From the human T2T-CHM13v2.0 reference genome, Homo sapiens, in the NCBI GenBank assembly GCA_009914755.4, contig CP086569.2:1-64000 (forward strand): a stretch of 64,000 nt of DNA, given 5' to 3'. The first letter of the stretch is position 1. Every line of letters begins with the position of its first letter. The position numbers and the translations under genes were made by a program. The notes beneath the pieces are model-generated. The model was not told where the DNA came from and searched no databases. It was given only the letters and a program-made list of their open reading frames with translations. This document shows positions 11,111 through 24,800 of this stretch, piece by piece.

Positions 11111-11392
11111 CCCAGAGCATCCCAGCCCAGTGGAGGGCGGCACATGGCGGGAGGGCGGGAGTCTGTGTCCACTCATGGCCGAGGAGGGGAGGGCAAGTTC
11201 TGGTGGCTGGGGAGGCCTAGAGCATCACAGCCCAGTGGAGGGCTGCACATGGCAGGGGAGGGGAGAGCAAGAGTGTGCGGGCGAGGGAGGAGAGGGCAAG
11301 ACTGCGTGTCCGCTCCAGTCTCTCTTCCTCATCTTATAAAGCCACGAGTCCCATGACTGGGGACCCAACCTAATAACATTATCTAATCCTAA

Positions 11393-11791
<399 letters not shown>

Positions 11792-11805
11792 TGCCTTGTG
11801 CTTTT

Positions 11806-11935
11806 AATCCCAGCACTTTCAGAGGCCAAGGCAGGCGATCAGCTGAGGTCAGGAGTTCAAGACCAGCCTGGCCAACATGGTGAAACCCCATCTCTAATAC
11901 AAATACAAAAAAAAAACAAAAAACGTTAGCCAGGA
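11806..11935 (+). mobile_element. Left monomer of an older Alu (sense). Its first ~20 bp sit at 11457-11477, upstream of the AluY insertion.
   Basis: ggctgggcgcgatg...(AluY insert)...aatcccagcactttcagaggccaaggcaggcgatcagctgaggtcaggagttcaagaccagcctggccaacatggtgaaaccccatctctaatacaaatacaaaaaaaaaacaaaaaacgttagccagg. Confidence 0.85.
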
Positions 11936-11939
11936 ATGA

Positions 11940-12455
11940 GGCCCGGTGCTTGTAATCCTAAGGAAGGAGACCACCACTCCTCCTGCTGCCCTTCCCTTCC
12001 CCACACCGCTTCCTTAGTTTATAAAACAGGGAAAAAGGGAGAAAGCAAAAAGCTTAAAAAAAAAAAAAAACAGAAGTAAGATAAATAGCTAGATGACCTT
12101 GGCAGCACCACCCGACCCTGGTGGTTAAAATAATAATAATAATAATATTAACCCCTGACCTAAACTACTTGTGTTATCTGTAAATTCCAGACACTGTATG
12201 AGGAAGCCCTGCAAAACTTTCTGTTCTGTTATCTGATGCGTGTAGCCCCCAGTCACGTTCCCCACGCTTCCTCGATCTATCACAACCCTTTCACGTAAAC
12301 CCCTTAGAGTTGTAAACCCTTAAAAGGGCTAGGAATTTCGTTTTCGGGGAGCTTGGCTCTTCAGGCGCAAGTGTGCCGATGCTCCTGGCAGAGTAAAGCC
12401 CTTCCTTCTTTAACCCAGTGTCTGAGGAATTTTGTCTGCGGCTTGTCCTGCCACA
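11940..12455 (+). mobile_element. LTR-like element copy 2, apparently complete (~515 bp), inserted inside an older Alu.
   Basis: Begins tgtaatcctaagg... Contains (TAA)n at 12133-12153, a TATA-like cttaaaagggc, ggggagcttggctcttcagg, an AGTAAAGCCC polyA-like signal, then cttccttctttaacccagtgtctgaggaattttg...tcctgccaca ending in CA. Flanked on both sides by halves of one Alu. Confidence 0.5.
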
Positions 12456-12600
<145 letters not shown>

Positions 12601-12764
12601 TTGCCAACACATGAAATCTGGAGAACACATTCAAGCAATAGCACCATATAAATCTGTACATACCTTGCAAACACTGTAAACCTGCCGCATCTCACCTGAG
12701 ACCAACCCCCAACTGCAAAACCCAGACCTGGAATTTTCCCAGGACCAAACCCATCTATATTCTG

Positions 12765-12803
12765 TAACCCGAAATCTCAAAGCCTAACCCTAACCCTAAC
12801 CCC
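12765..12803. repeat. Interstitial telomere-like island, copy 2 (taacccgaaatctcaaagcctaaccctaaccctaaccccga).
   Basis: Same motif and position within duplicon copy 2. Confidence 0.9.
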
Positions 12804-12923
12804 GACAGTTCAGGTCCCCCCGTCCCCGTAGCTCCAGCTCAAGACAACCTGCCCCTCCGTGGGTTTGCAGGCCCTTTGGTAGGGGTTGGGAGCTGGGGGC
12901 CACACACAGCTCTCTGAGCTTAA

Positions 12924-13215
<292 letters not shown>

Positions 13216-13719
13216 AGGATCTGGAAGTTCTGGTCTCCTGTCAATATCCCTTTCTAAGATGAAATGTAGAATCCTCTAATCACCCCAGGATACCTTTTCC
13301 AGCTATATTACCCTTTCCTTTCAGCCGACTAGAGTGGAAGCTCAGCAAAGAACGGATCTATGCCTGCACACAGGCAGCTTTGAACTCACTGAGATCTATA
13401 GAAGAATTTTTTAAAATTTGCCAGAATGAAAAAGAAGTATCCTCCAGTGAGCCTCAAGGACAGCCAGGGAAGGCAGCTACTGGGACCTGCCACTGGCCAG
13501 GATTGAGAGAGTCTGAGGTGTCCATTCTCCTATGGATGGGTCACACATCAGAACTGAACCACAAACCCTTTCCTGCTCCCTTGGGACCAGGCTGCCACTC
13601 CTTCCTTCCCCTCACCTTGACCCTCCCATTCGGCCCCACCTGTCAGGATCACAAGGACCCCCAGATCAGCAGATGGGAACCGGACCAAAAAGAGAAATAG
13701 CGCTGTCCCGCCCAAAAGT

Positions 13720-15345
13720 ACCAACCCCAGACCCCCTGCTCCACCCTCCGAACCACAGGGAGACCCCATGCTCCACCCCTGAAAACCACACGCAGACCCC
13801 CGCTCCTCCTCTTAGGGCCATCCCCAGACCCCCCCTCCTACCCACGGGACCACACCCAGAACCCCCAGCTCCTCCCCTCGGGACCACCCCAGACCCCCGC
13901 TCCTCCCCTCGGGACCACCCCCAGACCCCCTGCTCCTCCTCTTAGGACCATCCCCAGACCCCCCCTTCTACCCACGGGACCACACCCAGAACCCCCCGCT
14001 CCTCCCCTCGGGACCACCCCAGACCCCCGCTCCTCCCCTCGGGACCACCCCAGACCCCCGCTCCTCCCCTCGGGACCACCCCAGACCCCCGCTCCTCCCC
14101 TCGGGACCACCCCAGACCCCCGCTCCTCCCCTCGGGACCACCCCAGACCCCCGCTCCTCCTCTTAGGACCATCCCCAGACCCCCCCTTCTACCCACGGGA
14201 CCACACCCAGAACCCCCCGCTCCTCCCCTCGGGACCACCCCAGACCCCCGCTCCTCCCCTCGGGACCACCCCAGACCCCCGCTCCTCCCCTCGGGACCAC
14301 CCCAGACCCCCGCTCCTCCCCTCGGGACCACCCCAGACCCCCGCTCCTCCCCTCGGGACCACCCCCAGACCCCCTGCTCCTCCTCTTAGGACCATCCCCA
14401 GATCCCCCCTCCTACCCACGGGACCACACCCAGAACCCCCAGCTCCTCCCCTCGGGACCACCTCAGACCCCCGCTCCTCCCCTCGGGACCACACCCAGAA
14501 CCCCCAGCTCCTCCCCTCGGGACCACACCCAGACCCCCCCTCCTACCCACGGGACCACACCCAGAACCCCCAGCTCCTCCCCTCGGGACCACCCCAGACC
14601 CCCGCTCCTCCCCTCGGGACCACCCCAGACCCCCGCTCCTCCCCTCGGGACCACCCCCAGACCCCCTGCTCCTCCTCTTAGGACCATCCCCAGACCCCCC
14701 CTCCTACCCACGGGACCACACCCAGAACCCCCAGCTCCTCCCCTCGGGACCACACCCAGACCCCCCCTCCTACCCACGGGACCACACCCAGAACCCCCAG
14801 CTCCTCCCCTCGGGACCACCCCAGACCCCCGCTCCTCCCCTCGGGACCACCCCAGACCCCCGCTCCTCCCCTCGGGACCACCCCAGACCCCCGCTCCTCC
14901 CCTCGGGACCACCCCAGACCCCCGCTCCTCCCCTCGGGACCACCCCAGACCCCCGCTCCTCCCCTCGGGACCACCCCCAGACCCCCTGCTCCTCCTCTTA
15001 GGACCATCCCCAGACCCCCCCTCCTACCCACGGGACCACACCCAGAACCCCCAGCTCCTCCCCTCGGGACCACCTCAGACCCCCGCTCCTCCCCTCGGGA
15101 CCACCCCAGACCCCCGCTCCTCCCCTCGGGACCACCCCAGACCCCCTGCTCCCATTTTCCAGACCACACCAGACGGCTTCTTCCCTCGGCACCACCCCCA
15201 GACTGCCGCTCCTCCTATCGGGACCTCCTCGGGGCCATCTCCAGACCCTCCCCCCGCTCCACCCCTCGGGTCCCTCTCGGGACCACCCTCAGACCCCCGC
15301 TCCTTCCCTCGGGATCACCTCGAGACCTCCCGCTCACCACCATCA
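13720..15345. repeat. GC-rich 31-bp minisatellite, copy-2 array (~53 units), longer and more homogeneous than the copy-1 array.
   Basis: gggaccaccccagacccccgctcctcccctc recurs with an exact 31-bp period (e.g. 14041, 14072, 14103). Sub-blocks such as cctcctcttaggaccatccccagacccccc(c)t(t)cctacccacgggaccacacccagaaccccc recur every ~220-250 bp. Confidence 0.9.
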
Positions 15346-15539
15346 TTCAGGCCGGGTAGTGGGGAGAGGCCTCTCAGGAGGGACCAGGCCACCCTCCCAG
15401 GAGTGAAGGGAGGAGGACAGAGTCACGAGCAGACCAGAAATAACCAGGGACTGACAGACAGCAGGATCGGAGAGGGACGGAAAAGGGCTAAGGGCAGGAA
15501 AAGTCCCTGAGGCTTTCTCCACCCGGAGTGCGGGGTAGG

Positions 15540-15815
15540 GAGCAGACGGAGAGTGACGGAGGGTGACGGAGAGTGACGAAAGTAGACGATGTCTGACGGA
15601 GAAGAGCCGAGCGGAGCTGAAGGGCGGCGGAGAGCGACGGAAAGTGGCGAGAATTGACGGAAAGTGACGGGGACTGACGGACAGTGACGAAGAGTCACGA
15701 AATTTATCAGAGGGCGACAAAGAGGAAAGCGAAATGGTGAGATGCAGCCGGCCGAGCCTATTCGGAGATGACGGAAAGTGACGGAGAGGAACGGGGAGTA
15801 AAGAGGGGTGACGAA
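15540..15815. repeat. Degenerate ~12-bp GTGACGGAGAG-type tandem repeat, copy 2.
   Basis: Near-identical to 10425-10700. Confidence 0.8.
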
Positions 15816-15859
15816 AAGAGCCGAAGCTGGTGGAGGCGAAGAACTGAGTGAGGGAAGAT

Positions 15860-16400
15860 AGCCGAGATTAGCGGGTGGGCTGCAGCCGGGGCAGTCGCCC
15901 GAATGGGCGGGACCCCACGGAGTTAGCGAGAGGATGCGAACAGCGGCCAGCCGGGCAGCACGCGAGCGAGGGAGGGCGTGGAGGGCCGTGGGTCCGCCTG
16001 CACTGAGGCAGGCATGGGTGGCACCGAGGTGACCCGGGTGGGAGGTGCACCGCCGCCCACTCGCAGGTTCTGCGCGGAGCCCAAGGCCGTCTTCTCCGCC
16101 CCTTTGCAGACCTCGGCGCCCAGCCTGGCCCCTGACGCCCACCCGCGGCCCCACCCAGCGCCCGGGCCCACGAGGCCGAGGAGCGGCGGAGGCTCGCGGC
16201 CCCTGGACCGCAGACCGCGTTCCCGGAGCCCGGCCGAGCCCCGAGTGGGGCCCTCGCGCGGACTGAGAGGGCGGCGGAGGGGCCACGGGGTCCTGCCCAG
16301 CCCGCATCGCGCATGCTGCTCGGGACCGGCGGCTGCCTTGGGCCAACCCTGTTCCCGCAGCGACCCCCCTACTCTTCTGACACGTTCCCATTTTGCTGAA
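15860..16400. promoter_or_regulatory. CpG island, copy 2. Extends further than copy 1 (to ~16400), through cgcatcgcgcatgctgctcgggaccggcggctgcc.
   Basis: Same sequence as 10745-11110 plus ~200 bp of additional CpG-rich sequence. Open reading frames occur on both strands here, as expected from GC-rich sequence. Confidence 0.4.
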
Positions 16401-17226
16401 GACACTTGGAGCCAGTGTCATCTTTGTGACTGTACCGTTGCGTGTTCGGGGTGCACTCTGCCGTATTCTCTTTGCAGAGCACCTAAGGAAGCAGGCGTCG
16501 TGCCTAAGAACGTGAGTGCTGCAAAAAGGGTGGTTTGTTCCAATCCAACCTTGACCGCTCCTGGCCCTCCCGCATGGGTCAAGCTCACTAAACGTCTCTG
16601 TGCCTCCATTTCCTCGGCAGAAGAACAGGGACAGTAAATGTACCCGTCTGTATGAGTGTTCAGGGCCGCCATAAGGTACCAAGACTGGAGGGCTTCACTG
16701 AAAATTATCTTCCCACAGACCTGGAGGCTGAGGTCCGAGAGCAAGGTGTTGTCAGCAGGGCTGGTTTCTCCTCTCCTCGGCTTGCGGACGCCGTCTGGTG
16801 TACGCTCATAGGGTCTTTTCACTGTGCACAAGTATCCCTATCGTCTCTTCTGTGTGTGTCCACACTTCCTCTCATGAGAACAGCAGGTTGCTTTAGGGCC
16901 CACCCTGACAGCCTCGTTCTAATACTATGAGGCCAAATACACTCACGTTCTGAGGCAGTGGGGGTTAGGGCTTCAACATCGACATCCGAGACTGGGAGAT
17001 GATAAATTCCTGTTGACGTACCCACCCGGTTTCTGGTCACTGGTTATGGCAGCCCCCAGGAAACCAGCCCACAGAAACAGCAGTCCCTCCACTTGGTTCT
17101 GATCCAGGATGAAGCCGGTGTAGACCGCCAGCGTTTGGGGAATGTGAATGCCTGATACGAAGGAATTCTTTGTGCCATATTGTTGCCTTAATGTAACTGT
17201 GAAGTTGCGTCAAAATAAACATTAAT

Positions 17227-17555
<329 letters not shown>

Positions 17556-17849
17556 TCATATATATTCTCGCCAAGGCGACACACCAGCTAATTACTGTGT
17601 CGACTCCTTTGTTTTGGGCTCGATTTTATGAACTTGGTGCAGTAACACCTGCCGTTTACCTCTGGCCTATCCAAAGCCCAGATAAGCACAGGCAACAAAA
17701 GCACAAATAGACAAATGGTCCAACTTCGAGGTTAAACATTTCTGCACAGGAAACAACAGTGGAAAGGCAAGACATGGAATAAGAGGAAATAACTGCAGAT
17801 TATATGTCTGGTACGTCGGATATTCGTCCAGCACATATAAAGAGCTCCT

Positions 17850-18163
17850 GCAACTGAACAATTGAAAAACAAGTTAACTGATTGAAAAATGAGCAAACGA
17901 CCTGAATAGATATTTCTCCAGAAAAGATATACAAGTAGCAAACAAACATGGAAGGATCCTCAACATCAGTAATCATTAGAGAAATACACATCAAAACCAC
18001 AGTGATAGCACCTCACATCCATGAAATGCTACAGTGAAACAAAAATAGTGTTAACAAGGATGTGTGGAAATTGGAGCCCTCGTGGATTGCCTGTAGGACT
18101 AGAAAATGGTGTGGCCACCGTGGAAAACACTATGGAGCCTCCTCAAAAAAGCACTAAATATCA
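17850..18163 (+). mobile_element. Old L1 (L1M/L1P-type) ORF2 3' region, fragment 1 of a single L1 that continues at 18800, 19916 and 20546.
   Basis: ...caaacatggaaggatcctcaacatcagtaatcattagagaaatacacatcaaaaccacagtgatagcacctcacatcc...ggatgtgtggaaattggagccctcgtggattgcctgtaggactagaaaatggtgtggccaccgtggaaaacactatggagcctcctcaaaaaa matches a conserved L1 ORF2 3' segment. Confidence 0.75.
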
Positions 18164-18952
<789 letters not shown>

Positions 18953-19223
18953 TCGCATTATGTTATGACACCACCACTTCTCCTGTTGTCCTTCCCACTT
19001 TCTCCCCAACCTCCCCTTTTCCCTAGTTTATAAGACAAGAGAAAAGAGAGAAAGCAAAAAGTTGGAAAGAAACAAAAGTAAGATAAATAGCTAGACGACC
19101 TTGGTGCCACCACCTGGCCCTGGTGATTAAAATAATAATAGTATTAACCGCTGACCAAAACTACTGGTGCTATCTGTAAATTCCAGACATTGTATGAGAA
19201 AGCACTGTAAAACTTTTTGTTCT

Positions 19224-19366
19224 GGCCGGGCGCGGTGGCTCACGCCTGTAATCCCAGGACTTTGGGAGGCCGAGGTGGGAGGATCATGAGGTCAGGAGAT
19301 TGAGACCATCCTGGCTAACACGGTGAAACCCCATCTCTACTAAAAATACAAAAAATTAGCTGGGTG
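19224..19366 (+). mobile_element. Partial Alu (left monomer), sense, inside LTR copy 3.
   Basis: ggccgggcgcggtggctcacgcctgtaatcccaggactttgggaggccgaggtgggaggatcatgaggtcaggagattgagaccatcctggctaacacggtgaaaccccatctctactaaaaatacaaaaaattagctgggtgcag. Confidence 0.85.
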
Positions 19367-19368
19367 CA

Positions 19369-19774
<406 letters not shown>

Positions 19775-19915
19775 TTAAAAGGGCTAGGAATTTCTTTTTC
19801 GGGGAGCTCGGCTCTTAAGACACGAGTCTGCCGAATCTCCCGGCCAAATAAAAAAACCTCTTCCTTCTTTAATCTGGTGTCTGAGGAGTTTTGACTGTGA
19901 CTCATCCTGTTACAG

Positions 19916-20265
19916 CATGACTGGAAAAAGAAAATGTGGTTCATCCATATAATGAAATATGAATCAGCCCTAAAAAGGAAGGAATGATGAGACAGGCTAC
20001 CACATGGACTCACCTGTTGTTAACAAGATAAGCCAGACAAAAAAGTGCTGTGTGATCCCACTCCTATGAGGTCTCTGGAAGAGTGGAATTCATAGAGACA
20101 GACAGTAGAATGGTGGGTGCCAGGGGCCGGGGGAATGGGGCACCCTGGTTTGATGTGGACACAGTTTCTGTTTTGTAAGATGAAGAAGTTGTAAACATCT
20201 GTTATACAACAATGCGGATATGATGAACACTGCTGAAGTGTATCCTTAAAAATACTTTAAAGGGG
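19916..20265 (+). mobile_element. L1 fragment 3 (L1 3' UTR-proximal region), resuming after the LTR-like insertion.
   Basis: catgactggaaaaagaaaatgtggttcatccatataatgaaatatgaatcagccctaaaaaggaaggaatgatg...gaattcatagagacagacagtagaatggtgggtgccaggggccgggggaatgggg...gttgtaaacatctgttatacaacaatgcggatatgatgaacactgctgaagtgtatccttaaaaatactttaaagg. Confidence 0.8.
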
Positions 20266-20612
<347 letters not shown>

Positions 20613-20613
20613 A

Positions 20614-20900
20614 AGGCTGAATGTGGTAGCTTACCCCTGTAATCCGAGCACTTTGGGAGGCCAAAGCAGGACGATTACTTGAGCTCAGAAGTGTGAGACC
20701 AGCCTGGACAACTTGGTGAGACCCCATCTCTACTAGAAATTTTTTTTTAATTGGCTGAGTGTGATGGTGTGCACCTATAATCCCCAGATACTCAGGAGGC
20801 TGAGGCAAGAGGATTGCTTGAGCCTAGGAGCGGGGGGCTGTGGTGAGCCATGATGGTACCATTGCACTCCAGCCTGGGTGACAGAGTGAGACCCTGCCTC
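20614..20900 (+). mobile_element. Older, more diverged Alu, sense, directly after the L1 3' end.
   Basis: ggctgaatgtggtagcttacccctgtaatccgagcactttgggaggccaaagcaggacgattacttgagctcagaagtgtgagaccagcctggacaacttggtgagaccccatctctactagaaattttttttt...gcactccagcctgggtgacagagtgagaccctgcctcaaaaaaaaaaaaaaa. Confidence 0.88.
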
Positions 20901-21063
20901 AAAAAAAAAAAAAAATTAAATTAAGAAAAATTTAAAAGGCCAGGCTAATGATATATTTCTTTTATTAATAAACGTGGGAACCTTAATTTAACATAATGTC
21001 AATAAACATGATTATGGTTCTTCCAAATTTGGGGTCCCTGGTGAGAGAAAAAGAATAAGATAG

Positions 21064-21372
<309 letters not shown>

Positions 21373-21824
21373 TCAGGGTGAAGAATTTGGATACTGCTTG
21401 ACTGGAGGCCACCTGGGGCCACTTCAGCTCTAGTTTCTGTGGTTTACGGCCACAGTGGTGTCTTCCCTGCAACGTTCTCGTGGGTGCCGTATTGACAAAA
21501 CATTAAAACGAGATGGGGTCCCTGCGAGACTCCCGAGGGAGGGAGCAGGAAGATCCGTGCGGCACCGCGAAGGTACAGCATGTTCTCCACAACTCTCCCA
21601 GGCCACAAAGAAAGATGAGTCAGTGGGCTCTGAATTCTCCAGCACAGACAGGGGACGAGTCAAAGGGCTCCCAATCGGACTTGAAGAGATCACGCAGGAA
21701 GTCCTGACGTTCACGGCGAGCAGGGCTCTGTGTAGGCCAACATGCCAGCACTGTGAGGATAATATTTTTTAATCCCCCGTTTCCTTGAGCGGCCCCAGAA
21801 AACTTACACACACCCTGTTCTGCA

Positions 21825-24800
21825 GACTCCTGGGAGTGTAGGTCTCATTAAGGGCAGATAGAGACCAGACTGTGCAACCTTTAGAATCTGCATTGGGCCT
21901 AGGTCTCATTGAGGGCAGGTAGAGAGCCGACTGTGCAACCTTTAGAGTCTGCATTGGGCCAAGGTCTCATTGAGGTCAGATAGAGAGCACACTGTGCAAC
22001 CTTTAGAGACTGCATTGAGCCTGGGTCTCATTGAGGACAGATAGAGAGCAGACTGTGCAACCTTTAGAGTCTGCATTGGGCCTACGTCTCATTGAGGGCA
22101 GATAGAGAACAGACGGTGCAACCTTTACAGTCTGCATTGGGCCTAGGTCTCATTGAGGGCAGGTAGAGAGCCGACTGTACAACCTTTAGAGTCTGCATTG
22201 GGCCTAGGTCTCATTGAGGGCAGATAGAGAGCAGACGGTGCAACCTTTAGAGTCTGCATTGGGCCTAGGTCTCATTGAGGACAGATAGAGAGCAGACTGT
22301 GCAACCTTTAGAGACTGCATTGAGCCTGAGTCTCATTGAGGACAGATAGAGAGCAGACTGTGCAACCATTAGAGTCTGCATTGGGCCTAGGTCTCATTGA
22401 GGGCACATAGAGAGCAGACTGTGCAACCTTTAGAGTCTGCATTGGGCCTAGGTCTCATTGAGGACAGATAGAGAGCAGACTGTGCAACCTTTAGAGTCTG
22501 CATTGGGTCTAGGGCCCATTGAGGGCAGACAGAGAGCAGACTGTGCAAACTTTAGAGTCAGCATTGGGCCTAGGTCTCATTGAAGACAGATAGAGAGCAG
22601 ACTGTGCAACCTTTAGAGTCCGAATTGGGCCTCGGTCTCATTGAGGACCGATGGAGAGCAGACTGTGCAACCTTTAGAGTCTGCATTGGGCCTGGGTCTC
22701 ACTGAGGACAAATAGAGAGCAGACTGTGCAACCTTTAGGGACTGCATTGGACCTAGGTCTCATTGAGGACAGATAGAGAGCAGACTAGGCAACCTTTAGA
22801 GTCGGCACTGGGCCTAGGTCTCATTGAGGACACATATAGAGCAGACTGTGCAACCTTTACAGTCTGCATTGGGCCTGGGTCTCATTGAGGACAGATAGAG
22901 ACCAGACTGTGCAACCTTTAGAGTCTGCATTGGGCCTAGGTCTCATTGAGGGCAGATAGAGAGCAGACTGTGCAACCTTTAGAGTCTGCACTGGGCCTAG
23001 GTCTCATTGAGGACAGATAGAGAGCAGACTGTGCAACCTTTAGAGTCTGCATTGGGCCTAGGTCTCATTGAGAGCAGATAGAGAGCATACTGTGCAACCT
23101 TTAGAGTCGGCATTGGGCCTAGGTCTCATTGAGGACAGATAGAGACCAGACTGTGCAACCTTTAGAGTCTGCATTGGGCCTAGGTCTCATTGAGGACAGA
23201 TAGAGAGCAGACTAGGCAACCATTAGAGTCGGCACTGGTCCTAGGTCTCATTGAGGACAGATATAGAGCAGACTGTGCAACCTTTAGAGTCTGCATTGTG
23301 CCTGGGTCTCATTGAGGACAGATAGAGAGCAGACTGTGCAACCTTTAGAGTCTGCACTGGGCCTAGGTCTCATTGAGGACAGATAGAGAGCAGACTGTGC
23401 AACCTCTAGAGTCTGCATTGGGCCTAGGTCTCATTGAGGGCATTTAGAGAGCAGACTGCGCAACCTTTAGAGTCTGCATTGGGCCTAGGTCTCATTGAGA
23501 GCAGATAGAGAGCACACTGTGCAACCACTAGAGTCGGCATTGGGCCTAGGTCTCATTGAGGACAGATAGAGACCAGACTGTGCAAACTTTAGAGTCTGCA
23601 TTGGGCCTAGGTCTCATTGAGGACAGATAGAGGGCAGACTGTGCAACCTTTAGAGTCTGCATTGGGCCTAGGTCTCATTGTGGACCGATACAGAGCAGAC
23701 TGTGCAACCTTTAGAGTCTGCACTGGGCCTAGGTCTCATTGAGGGCAGATAGAGAGCACACTGTGTAACCTTTAGAGTCTGCATAGGGCCTCGGTCTCAT
23801 TGAGGACCGATAGAGAGCAGACTGTGCAATCTTTAGAGTCTGCATTGGGCCTGGGTCTCATTGAAGACAGATAGAGACCAGACTGTGCAACCTTTAGAGT
23901 TTGCATTGGACCTAGGTCTCATTGAGGGCAGATAGAGAGCAAACTGTGCAACCTTTAGAGTCTGCATTGGGCCTAGGTCTCATTGAGGACAGATAGAGAG
24001 CAGACTGTGCAACCTTTAGAGTCTGCACTGGGCCTAGGTCTCTTTGAGGACAGACAGAGAGCAGACTGTGCAAACTTTAGAGTCTGCACTGGGCCTAGGT
24101 GTCATTGAGGACAGAAAGAGACCAGACTGTGCAACCTTTAGAGTCTGCATTGGGCCTAGGTCTCCTTGAGGTCAGATAGACAGCAGACTGTGCAACCTTT
24201 AGAGTCTGCATTGGGCCTAGGTCTAATTGCGGACAGATAGAGAGCAGACTATGCAACGTTTAGAGTCTGCATTGGGCCTGGGTCTCATTCAGGACAGATA
24301 GAGAGCAGACTGTGCAACCTTTAGAGTCTCTATTGGGCCTAGGTCTCATTGAGGACAGATAGAGAGCGGACTGTGCAACCTTTAGAGTCTGCATTGGGCC
24401 TAGGTCTCATTGAGGGCAGATAGAGAGCAGGCTCGGCAACCCTTAGAGTCTGCATTGGGCCTAGATCTTATTGAGGACAGATAGAGAGCATACTATGCAA
24501 CCTTTAGAGTCTGCATTGGGCCTAGGTCTCATTGAGGACACATAGAGAGCAGACTGTGCAACCTTTAGAGTCTGCATTGGGCCTATGTCTCATTGAGGAC
24601 AGTTAGAGAGCAGACTGTGCAACCTTTAGAGTCTGCATTTGGCCTAGGTCTCATTGAGGACAGAAACAGACCAGAGTGTGCAACCTTTAGAGTCAGCATT
24701 GGGCCTAGGTCTCATTGAGGACAGATAGAGAGCAGACTGTAGAAACTTTATAGTCTGCATTGGGCCTAGGTCTCATTGAGGTCAGATAGAGAGCAGACTG

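Noticed and set aside
10309-11356. ORFs of 140-287 aa on both strands across the CpG island, and their copy-2 counterparts at 15423-16682 (419 aa, 219 aa and others)
   Set aside because: GC-rich sequence is stop-codon-poor in every frame. Overlapping open frames on both strands are exactly what is expected by chance. No recognisable protein family, and the frames do not respect the copy 1 / copy 2 boundaries. I do not call a CDS.
16400-17040. Possible identity with known subtelomeric gene families (DDX11L, WASH pseudogenes and similar)
   Set aside because: The sequence does not resemble the DDX11L exon I recall. The distal PAR1 is, as far as I know, gene-free for far more than 64 kb. No gene symbol assigned.
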